A model generated the notes under the pieces. It made no database searches, was not told the origin of the DNA, and worked only from the letters and a program-made list of their open reading frames with translations. This document shows, piece by piece, positions 39,359 through 50,046 of a stretch of 64,000 nucleotides of DNA (its first letter is position 1; each line of letters opens with the position of its first letter). Origin of the DNA: Lepidodermella squamata (lineage: Eukaryota; Animalia; Gastrotricha); the NCBI GenBank assembly GCA_047495785.1, contig JBLDXI010000015.1:4402001-4466000 (forward strand), given 5' to 3'. The translations under genes were made by a program, and so were the position numbers.

Positions 39359-42300
39359 TCATGGGCTGATGAAAGGCCGTTGGTACAAAATTCCGCCTCG
39401 AAAGGAACTCATCGTAGAATCCAGTGATAATAGCGCGCCGCCATCTGAAATTGAAAAAAATTCAGATTGAAATCTAGAATCACGGTTAAGTCAAAGTAGA
39501 AATAATCAGGGTAAGCAGGCAAAGGTACAAAGTCGCAAATATATTTTCAAGCTAAAATTAAAATCTGAAATGAAAAAGCTGGCTTTTTAAGTAACCTTAA
39601 TGAGGTCATCAACTGTGAGATTCGACAAAAGTTCATGATACCGGCTTATAAAAATTACGCTTTGAGAAAAATACCTGTTGTCGAATCGAGTTCGCCTTGT
39701 CTGAGCCGATCGGATAACCCGGCCTGAAAAATAAAAAAAGGGGGCTATAACAATGCCACATCGTTACTGTTGCTGACAGCTGACCTCGCAATATGGAAGA
39801 TACGCTAGGAACTGATCTAGGAACATCATCACTTAACATGAGCCTAATAGCAGGGGCGGAGGAGCGTCGCGAGGATGATCTTCTTTCCTCTTTAAGCGCT
39901 TCTAAGATTGTGTCCCGACGCAGTAAAATGTGAGGCGACACCGTAGTGTTTGCGTCATTCTGAGCTTCGCTCGACGATTGGGGTGAGCTTTGACCGGCTG
40001 ATAGCGGACGTTCACTTAAAATAGTGTCAGCTTGCGATTCCATTGTGGCATTAAAATCCGGCATATCGATGTCATTATGAATGTCAGCAGCAACTAAAAT
40101 AAACCCAACTATCAAACAGTTGGCATTCCCCTCGAAATATGACTTACCTCTAGGAGATGAAGGTAAATTTATCTCCTCGAAAATTTTCACCTTGACATCA
40201 GGTAACGGACTGAGGGAGTGTCCCACATTAGGTGTAGCCCTATATTATTGAATATAGAATTGAATAATTTCACTTTGCCAACTGATCATACGTTCGATTA
40301 CGCTGGTCTGGCATTGGAGAAGAAGCCGAGGCGCGATTCAAATACAGCCGACCAGGAACAGCCGTGTTGGATATGTGAGAGCGCCAGATACCGTTGGCTG
40401 TATCCCATTTCAAGTCAACAACGTTAAAATACATATACGAGTACTCAGAAGACAAAGTTGGCGGGGCTCTTCTAACAGTCGTTGCGCTTGCATTGGAGGC
40501 CGCAACTCTAGGTCGGAAAGGATGAGAACCAGGCGGGTGTAACCCGACTTTGTCCGGTACTACATCTAGTTGGACACAAACAGTGAACTGATCTGGCACG
40601 GCAATAACACGCCCAGTGTGCTGAATCGCCACCTACAGTAACAGTAAGGGTTTTCAAAAATTCAAGATTTGTGAGTAAAAAGCACACCAGAACCACGTCG
40701 CCGATTTTAGGGCGTTTTGGAGGTGCTCGATACTTCAAAGCTGGGGGTCCAGATGGTGGAACGTGCTTGCCAACATTCAACGCGTCACGACTGCGAAGCG
40801 GTGTAGGCAACGGCCTTGCCAGCAAAGCTTGCACATTTCCGATGGGTGTACCTCGTACCCCTACACTTCCCAATCGGGACGAAGATTCGCTGACGGCATG
40901 CGCTGCTGCGTCATACATGAAAGGAATTCGTTCAATTAGATCCGAGTACAGCACTTGAAGCTCGCGGGTGAGAGTAGCAACAGCGGAATGTTCGGCAGGT
41001 GATGACGGTTCGTTGTTATCTCGTTGCATTAAATTATCACTTGCCTTGGCCTTGGGAAGACCAAAAAATTTAACTTCTGTCGCAGACGGTGACAACATTT
41101 GCCCCATAACGTTAGGAGAACGGAAGACCTCATCGTTTTTAACTGTGGTCACCAAAGATGCCATTAGTTCTGAGGACAATAACGACGCTCCTCTCACAAT
41201 TTTCTGATTGAAAGCATCTTGGTCATTGTTCTCTTCAGGTGAAGACGAGAAAATTGTTTTTAGATATTTGAACAAAGTTCTTGCTCCGAACAGAGCAGAA
41301 CACTGCCGAACTCCCGCAGTCAAGGTCTTCGGCAAAACTGATTCTGAGTACGAAACGAGGTGGCGGGGATCTGTCGATGAAGATTTCAGGAAGCTCAGCA
41401 GAACATGACTTGCTATTCCGAAGAAAGCTGAGTCGTGAACAACATCCAAAATTACACCAGATCGGTCATGATCAGCGAAATCGAGTTCGGCACGGGTCAG
41501 GAGGAAACTCGCTAAACGTAGACGCAGAGTTCCTGGAATGTTGAAAAAATCGGCTGACGAAGTGATGTCCTTATTAACGTATTGAGATCCTTTCGGCAAT
41601 GTAACTATGTACGAGATCAGTTCAGTGGGAATATCGAATAACAGAGATGTGATTAGCGATGAGAGCAGATCTACGCCGAACTGAATGTCAGCTTTCGCCA
41701 AGGTAAGCGCATCGACAAATAGCTTCGGGCAGGAGGCTAAAATTTGCGGCAATGGGGGTAAAGTTGACCAAGTTGGTGTGTTCAAAGTTGCCAGATCCTC
41801 GCAAAACTGGTCCGCAGCATACAGTAAACGCTGCTCGTCAAGCTGAGATGTGTGAGATACAGTTATGTTGAAACGTCTGAGAAACTGAATGGCCTGAATT
41901 GTATAAAAATTGTACAAATTTCGAAACAGGTCAGCAGTGATAAGCCTACTCGAGGAGTCAAAATTTCGCCATTGTGGTTGTTCGTATTTCTAAAAACCAA
42001 TCCACTCAACTTATGGCGAATTGGCTTCGAAGTCAGTTCACTCGATTGGAAAAAGTCTTTAACGCGTGATCGCTCTAGAGCTGAAATGAAGGCAGGAATT
42101 ATATTATCAAAAAAATTGTTGGTGGCTGCAAACCTGTAATCATGCGACCGTCTAATGACCAAATGTTAGGCAGACAATCAATCATGTGTAGGCGATAATG
42201 TGCGATATCACGTTCTAGGTCTTTATTGCCTGAGAAATGAGCATCGATAATTTGAAGGTCGTGGATTCGCTCAAGTTCCACCCAAGTCAACCTATTGCTC

Positions 42301-42782
42301 GCCAAGTTCAGAGTGCCCAAAACGGCAAATCGGTTGATGCTTTCAATACTTTTGATCTGCAAACGGCAAACTGGATTAAAATATTCTTTTAATATTTCAT
42401 CTTACCTTATTGTAGGAAACATCGAGGTGAAATAGATTCTTGCACAGCCAAACATAGTCCAGCGACTCGATCAGATTACCTGAAATCACTCAGATTGAGC
42501 AGTTAGTTTGGCTAGAACTGAACTCTTACGTTGGAGAATGAGAACTTCAATATTTGGCAGATTTACAAGAAAGTCCAGTAAAACTGAAAATGTATCAACG
42601 TAGCTTTTCAAGCTCGGTCATATAAGTGAACACTTGCCAATTTTCGAATTAGATGCATTCAAATAGACAAGCCATGAGCTTTCCAATTTACGACTAGTTG
42701 GACTTTCTGAGATTGGAACAGTCGTTGTCTTCTCTTGCGAATTGAATGGAACATACTCTTTGATAGATAATTCCGAAGACAT
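39359..42782 (-). CDS. Uncharacterised large protein with N-terminal leucine-rich repeats and LRRcap
   Basis: ATG 42782; LPNIEVLILQRNLIESL, LFHLDVSYNKIKSI, LGTLNLASNRL, YRLHMIDCLPNIWSLDGRMIT; continues through ORFs 40508-41917, 40270-40632 and 39633-40226. The 3' exons are uncertain. Confidence 0.7.
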
Positions 42783-42895
42783 TTTTTAATAATCCTAAGA
42801 AATCAGAAAGATGGAAAGTTGCGATGTGATGCACTTGATAAGATAAGTATTTTGAGCGCAACAACGTAAAAATAATAGAGCACCGCCGATTTTTT

Positions 42896-45018
42896 TCAAT
42901 TGTCGTCGTCACTTGACAAACCCATTGCACGTTCGAACTCTTTCTCCGACATCTATAAATGAAGGTATGACATGAAAGCGAATGAGAGGAAGCTGTGTTC
43001 CATACCTTCCCGGCCTTGAGCTTTTTTATAAGCTGCGCATCTCTCGCCAGCTCTTCCCAGTCAGAGTCGTCTTCGGCGCGGCGTTTTGCCTTTGCTTGTT
43101 TCTTCTTTTTCTCCTTCGACTTCTGCAGAAGTCTTTCTTTCCTGCGGGCTTCGCGGAAACTTTCTTTCTTTTTAGTCTTTGCGTCGGTTTTGCCCTGAGC
43201 CTTGTTCGACAAAGATTCAAGCCTCTGCTTTTCCCTTCCGGCGTCTCTGTTCAAAATACGAAATGACTCACATTTCAAACGATAATTTCCACTGACTTGT
43301 ATGAAATTTCAGAAAATTTAACGCCTTGCATCGCTTCGAACTTGGCGATTAATGAATTGTTACGAAGCTCGGGCATCCTGGGCATTTGTAAGAGTCCATA
43401 AGAGTACGCCAATTCGCCTATTTCCAACTCTGTTAAAAAGCATTAAATTATCCTGTTCTTGAAAAGTTATTAGCAAACTCGCCCTTTATCTGAAATATCA
43501 AACTGCATTCATGTTTCCGATAGAATTGGATAAAAGAAACGAAAGCTCGGCTGCCTTTCTCGTACAAATCGCTGAACAAATTACAACAAAATAAGTTAAA
43601 TAAAGCATTTAAATAAGTAACACACCGATCAGCCGCAGCCTTTTGCCGCATATTTTGAAGAACGTCGCCCCATGGCAGTTTCGTAAATTCTTCGGAGTTG
43701 AATGGCATCATTTTGATACCTTGATTTTTCTCAATAAATCGAACGTAATCTGTCTCGCTTGGCATTAGAAAGAGAATTGCTGATCCTTTCTTGTTGAATC
43801 TAGCAGTCCGCCCGCAGCGATGTACAAAGGTAGCAGGGTTTGATGGCGCATCGAATTGTATAACCCAGTCGACATCGGGGAAATCAACACCTCGAGACAT
43901 CAGATCAGTTGAAACGAGAACTGTGCCGCCCTCGTCAGATTTAAAGCGTTTGAATACTTTCTCGCGCCTGGCCAGCTTGTCAATTTTACCATGTATCCAC
44001 AGCACATTCATACTTTCCCCCAACAACCTGCCAAGTCAGAATGTATGATATTATAAAAAGAAAAAGCCTGAATTCAACCTACAATCGAAGCATTGAGGAA
44101 AAATATTCCACAGCAGCACACGTGGAGAAAAACACTATGTGCTTATCTTCGGGCTTGCTTTTCAAGAACGAAAGCAAGTATGCAAATTTTTCAGCCGGTG
44201 GAACCTTGGTATAGAATATACTCAAACCATCAGGAACTTTGCTTTTTGACAATGCAGTTGTTTTGTCTAATTTTATAGTTATAGGATTGCGCATTCCGGC
44301 CTCTGCTATAACGTCTTGACTTTCTTCCAGAGTGGCGGAAAATAGGCCTGTTCTACGTTGCTTAGGAACTCGAGAAAGGATATTGCGAACAGATTCTGCC
44401 TGGCCCATCGAATATAAACGATCAGCTTCATCGAGAACTAGTACCTCCTGAGAATTAGATCATTAAAATAGCCTAGTTCAAAACGAATGAACATACGAGA
44501 GAACGAAATGCGATTTGCTTTTCAGGTGAGCTTGACGATAGCCAATGTTCGAGCCGCCCGGGAGTTCCCACTACAACATTGGCGCTGATCATTTGAAATC
44601 GATAAATCATCATTCAACATTAATATGTGGTCAGTGAAACTCACCATGACGAATTCTCTCCTTGCTCTTCATTAGCTGTTCCTCCGGTGAGTAGGGAAAT
44701 AGAAAACCCCAGTTTGTTTGCGAAAAGAACTGCAGTGTGATATGTCTGCAACGCTAATTCTCTAGTGGGTTCAACAACCAATGCTCCAAGTTGATGACTC
44801 TTTAGTTGATCCTCGAGTTTCAGAAGCAACTGGAATATGGGGACAACAAACGCCAGAGTCTTCCCGCTGCCAGTTACTGCTTCAACAGCCACATCCTTCC
44901 GCGATAGAAAAGCAGGGATTGTTGCACTTTGAACTGGAGTTGGCTCCTTGAAGTTGTTTTCTTTTAAGATCTCGATAATAGCTGGCAACAGAGGCGGATT
45001 TACGAGTTCCCAGCTCAT
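42896..45018 (-). CDS. DDX55: DEAD-box RNA helicase DDX55/Spb4
   Basis: PTPVQ, AVTGSGKTLAF, PTRELA, GTPGRL, DEADR, QRRTGLFSAT, RGVDFPDVDWVIQFDAP, HRCGRTAR, GLLQMPRMPEL, KKLKAGK basic tail. Confidence 0.95.
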
Positions 45019-46287
45019 AATAAAGCTAAAACAAAAATAAAGCTTTTGGAAAAAAACCAAACAAAATTAACAAAATAGTAATGATACCGCTGAACAGCCA
45101 GGACGCTTGACATAGATTTACCAAAATACAGATAAATATAGAACCGAAGTATTCGCGCTCGATGTAAATTCTGCTAGACAGAAAGAAGCGACGCAGACCG
45201 AAGTAACGAATTAACGAAGTAAATTGAGGTCAAGTCGATGAGAACCGACGTCAAATGCGTCAAATATGGCCAAGACGAAGCCATGGCTAAACTCAATGAG
45301 GAGCCGACTTTCCAGGCCAATTTTGCTACCGGGCTATACTCCCTGGGCAAATTCATATTAAAAGATAGCGAGAAGGAAATGGCTGAATCAACAGGAAACG
45401 CAACTGGCTTCGCCAGCACAACGCCAGCGCCAATGTTATTTTCGAAATTTGAAGCTCAACTTCCAACGTGACGATATTCAGGCCGAAAGAGCCTCAAGCC
45501 CAGCCTTGATAGTGTCAGGTCTGATCAACGAGTCGGTGGAGGCAGCTCCAGACGAATCCAAAGCTGGCATTATGAGCGGAAAGGTAAAATTAACAATCAA
45601 ACACGCGGAACAATACCAGGCGCGACTTATCAAGAGAAAAAAATACGTTTCATCTGAAACCTCTTTAATTCAAAAATAGTTTCGAGTATGTTAGAGTCTG
45701 GGAATTCAACCATAAAAATGCATTAATTCAATTGGAAACTTCGCCTTTCACGTAACTAGTCCGGATAGGGGAACTTTCTCGGAATGTGTAGAAACCAATT
45801 TGAACGATTTGGATTATGGTGAATAGGACGATTAAGACTATACACTCCGAAGAGTTTCGCCGCCGCACTAAGTGTAAGGGAAGGAGCATGGTCGTAGATT
45901 ATTGATGGTCGTCCCCGAGCCACCGACCCCTGGGATACGACGGTTAGCCTTTTTCTGCCTAAAATGGTATGTAGGCGCTTGAATCGCGTAAAACTCCACA
46001 AAATACCGTCAAAATTGAATTTCGTAGCCCATCTTGCAGTAATAACTAACCTAACTATAGCCCAATCCGTGAATAATTCATTATCGGCGCCCATAATAAG
46101 GTGGTATAACACATAAAACATAAAACGTAGTACTTTGCCTGTCTTAGCGCGGCGTCATTAGCGATTATCTTTCTATTTTTGATTTTTTTAATAATGCGTC
46201 TGTTGACAAATAAATGGAGTAACACAAGTAAAATGATCATTGGCATCGTTTCTGGGTCTTTCGGCTATTTAGCGCCGTTTTCAAATT

Positions 46288-46840
46288 CGTGGGTAGAAAT
46301 GCCCACTCAGAGGGATCCCTCTCAGAGGGCGTCCCTCTCAGAGGGGCAGCCATTTTAGGGCCTACCTCTCAGAGGGTTCCCTCTAAGAGGGCTCCCTCTC
46401 AGAGGGCCCTCTCAGTGGGCTATTCATTTCCTGTCGCTTCCGGTCATTTCCGCGCCCCACAGGGAGCTAGATGTAGAACTTGCAATGATGTAATGACAAT
46501 GGACCTTCACAGTACAGTATATTTGATATTTGTAATTCGTAATTTGTAATGGAAATGACCTTGCCATGAACGCGTGTTATCGTGCAAAAATATCACAAAC
46601 TAACCCAAAAATGGTGGAAACATAATCAGCGCCTTAAAATGAAAGTATTATTATGGCAAAATAGAGTCAAGGCGTTTAAAATCACTTAAATCACTTAAGG
46701 CGCGAGAGAGAGAGAGAGAGAGAGAAGAGTTGAATTAAGACCTCTGAGAGGGCCCTCTGAGAGGGAGCCCTCTAAGAGGGAACCCTCTGAGAGGGACGCC
46801 CTCTGAGAGGGATCCCTCTGAGTGGGCATTTCTACCCACG
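46288..46840. mobile_element. Non-autonomous DNA transposon with modular palindromic subterminal repeats and 5-bp TSD
   Basis: Termini CGTGGGTAGAAATGCCCACTCAGAGGG / CCCTCTGAGTGGGCATTTCTACCCACG; 7 left and 6 right copies of CCCTCTnAGAGGG; AAATT direct repeat on both flanks (46283-87, 46841-45). Confidence 0.88.
46704..46725. repeat. (GA)n microsatellite inside the transposon
   Basis: About 11 GA units. Confidence 0.9.
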
Positions 46841-47302
46841 AAATTGGACAAGGCTATTTAGCGAAATTATAGGCAGAAAAAGCTATAGCGGAAAATTCTG
46901 CCTAATTTAAGGCAGAAAACATTTTTCGGATACGACAGGCCTTTAGCGCCTACTGCGGGTACATCCGTTTAGATGGCTATTAATAATCTTAATCATCACC
47001 TCTCCAATACACTTCGTTTGGCTTTAACATTGAGACCTGCACAAGGCAAACAAGAAGGGTCATGACTCCTTCAACCGAATATATAGCGATTAAAGGTCTC
47101 CTTCCATTTGAATGATGAACAATAAATAATTGAATGAAACTGATACTCTAGACCTAAATAACACCTGATACATATGGTTGATCTCAATAATAGCGCATGA
47201 GATAGCCTAATCAAACTTCCCAGCCCCGAACGCCTCGATTTTGCTGCCCAGAGAGCAGAAAGTCACCCTGTTTTTTTTTGCAAAAAGAGGGTTTCAAACA
47301 AG

Positions 47303-47316
47303 GTTTCCTTGGTAAC
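47303..47316. promoter_or_regulatory. Candidate RFX X-box, target gene unclear
   Basis: GTTTCCTTGGTAAC, a close match to the X-box palindrome. Confidence 0.4.
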
Positions 47317-47547
47317 GTTACGGAAAAAGCACGTGCCTTGTAAATTTGTTTTCACATTAATATTATTGTAAGTCTTCAATAAGGAAGATAAATAATTTGT
47401 TTAAATCAAATTCACCTACCGAAATAATCTTTCGCAAAATTGTTCATGATTTTGGCGGTACATTTTTCGGAACCAAAACTATTATCTTTTATCGACTTGA
47501 AGAGAAAGCGCATTGGCAGAGAACTCTTATTCACTTTATTTAAACGT

Positions 47548-47579
47548 GACGTTTCGGCTCCTTCGTGAGCCATCATCAG
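47548..47579 (-). ncRNA. Minimal hammerhead ribozyme motif in the element 3' end
   Basis: Minus strand CTGATGA-T-GGCTC-ACGAAG-GAGCC-GAAACGTC. Confidence 0.75.
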
Positions 47580-49206
47580 ACTAGAAAGCAAAACAAGATA
47601 AAGAACAAGGTAAAGGGAAATCACAACAAAGAAAGTCCACAACAAAAAAAAAGTATGAAGAGCACTAAAATAGCTTCAATTTGATAGAATCTGTTTGCAT
47701 GTTTAGGCTCATTGCTAGTTTGATTTTCTTTATCAACAAGCTTTCGTGCAATAAGCAGTCCCATCTGTTTCTGCATTTGCGTAACACCGTGAAACACGCG
47801 TGCAGGTTGAAGCCATCAGGCAATTCATGCGAGCGCAAATGTTTCCCTATCGAGCTGGACTGTAGCCAATGTTGTTAAACGCGCTGGTGAAGGTGCTTCT
47901 CCGTCATTCCGATATAGCCAGCGTCACACTGGCCACATTTGAACTGGTAGACGACGCACTGGCGGTTGACCAGGTCTGGCTTCGGTTCCTTGGCCCCAAA
48001 GTTTTCCGCGATCTTCCGGCTGGTGAAAACAGCCTGGATTGGTACAAGCAGCTTCCCGGCGAGCTCATTCAATCTGGACTTGAGTTGGCGCGCGCACTTC
48101 TCGTCCTTGAAGGGTACGATGAATCGCACTGGCTCGGACTGCGACCTGTCTGTCTGAATGCCGGACGCGACTATTCGATCGAGAAAAGTAGCCAAGATCT
48201 GCTCAAAAAGATTAGGCGGATACTCAAGCTTTATAAAGGTATTGCGGAGGTTTTGCACTTCCCTGTGGAAGGCGTCCCAGTTGCTACTCAACCGGTATGC
48301 CCTGTATAACATCGTTTTGACCAGAGACTTTTTGTATCTGCCATCCACATGGCTCTTGAAGTGAAGCAGAAGGCCCGTGTCGGTTGGCTTGTGGTAGACC
48401 TCCGTTTCCAGTACCCTTTTCGTTGATTTGATGACGGCCCCGCAAAACGCGATCTGGTTGTTGTCTTCAATTTCCATCGTGAAATCTACCGACGGATGCA
48501 AACCATTGAGAACACCCAGGAATTCATTAGCCGCCGCTAGGCCCGGCATGATGGTGAGTGTGTCATCCACAAATCTTCGATAGTATTTGGGTAGTTGGCC
48601 ATCCTTGGCTAGTCGCTCCTCCAGCATGCACATGAAGGCGTTCGCCATAAGTGGTCCCAGGGGTGATCCCATTGCTACCCCTTCGACCTGGAGGTAGAGC
48701 GAGCCGTTGTATGTGAACAGTTGATCCTTCACAGCCAGCTCCAGAAGGCATTGCAACTTAGTCTTGGTCAAGTTCAATTTGTATTGCTTGTTCAACCAAT
48801 CCTCATGGAACGCTTTTTCAACAAGGTATTCGATTGTTTCGGCGACTGGGACGTTCGTGAAGAGCGATGTAACATCGTATGAGACGAGAATTTCACCGTC
48901 GTCGATCTTCAAGCCGCTTACTTCCTTGCTGACGAAGTCGAGAATGTCTGATATCATCAGCTCGTTAGTGGCAAGAGGCTTTAACCACCGATCCAGCAGT
49001 TTCGCAAGTTTGAAGTTATAAGTACTTGAGGCCGATAATATGGGTCTCATGGCAAGCTCCTTCTTGTGGGTTTTGGGTAAACCTCGAAGGTGCGCGAGTC
49101 TGGCACCCTTGCTGTACACTAGTTCGGCAATTGCCTTCGGTAACAGCTTCTTCACCGTCTCGTGATTTCCCTTTACCTTGTTCTTTATCTTGTTTTGCTT
49201 TCTAGT

Positions 49207-49238
49207 CTGATGATGGCTCACGAAGGAGCCGAAACGTC
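49207..49238 (+). ncRNA. Minimal hammerhead ribozyme motif in the inverted pLTR copy
   Basis: CTGATGA-T-GGCTC-ACGAAG-GAGCC-GAAACGTC, identical to the left copy. Confidence 0.75.
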
Positions 49239-50046
49239 ACGTTTAAATAAAGTGAATAAGAGTTCTCTGCGCTTTCTCTTCAAATTATACCCTACACGGG
49301 TTTTATATCAAGTATTTTATCGACTTGGTTGTCGATTTTTACTTTTTACGTTTTTTTCGTTTACGGACCCAATTCGGTCGGTCGGGTGGCTTCATATTCG
49401 TACGTGGGAATTTCCTCTCAGCTAAATTTAAGCGCGCACTGTGTTCAAGTAGCCAATCACGCACACACAATGCACAATGTGTACACATAGCCATTGGGCG
49501 ATACACAATCCTGTGTTCACATAGACATGACCTTATATCTTTGATCGATAATATTAAGCTGGAAGTTGGCTGTTACTTGACCCTTTATCTACGGAACAGT
49601 TTTGCCTCTGCGATTTCTCGTCAGATGAGACGTAGCAAGCGATTTCGGCCCTATCTCTATCTTCAACCTAGGTGTTGTGCATTATTGATTATGCATCAGC
49701 TGTTGCCTTTTCAAAGGCCTGTTAAGATAGAGATGGGGCCGAAATCTTTTCCCTCGTCTTAGATATAATAATTATTATTTATCCACTTGGAAATTATGTT
49801 TTTGCCCATCTATTAATTCAAGACTCTAAATGCAGTTACTTATCGTTCAAGTATCATGTTAATGTAGCTTTTTCTGAAGACCCGCTGGTGATAATGGAAT
49901 TACTGAGATGAAAATATCACGAGCGCGAGTTGTTTTGTTTAGCATATTGCTAGCTTTAGATTGAACGTGCAAACTTGTCTTCCTAACTCTTCGCGATTCG
50001 TTTTATTATAGCATAACATTTTCACCACACTCTAGTGGTTTTAGAA

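Larger units (their letters stand above)
47497..49283 (-). mobile_element. Penelope-like retroelement (Penelope/Poseidon type), 5'-truncated, with inverted terminal pLTR segments
   Basis: RT motifs MRPILS, YDVTSLFTNVP, GVAMGSPLGP, RFVDD, VYHKPT; GIY-YIG VYQFKCGQCDAGYIGMT. An in-frame TAA at 47875-77 interrupts the endonuclease, which continues to a TAG at 47665. 47497-47623 and 49162-49283 are inverted copies. Confidence 0.93.

Noticed and set aside
46288-46840. CRISPR-like array of palindromic repeats
   Set aside because: Spacers are mostly 0-3 bp, the arrays mirror each other as transposon arms, there are no cas genes and the context is eukaryotic.
49162-49221. N-terminus MSHHQTRKQNK... 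of the 448-aa RT ORF, and twin ORFs 47412-47645 / 49162-49425
   Set aside because: They read through the inverted pLTR copies and are not genuine coding sequence.
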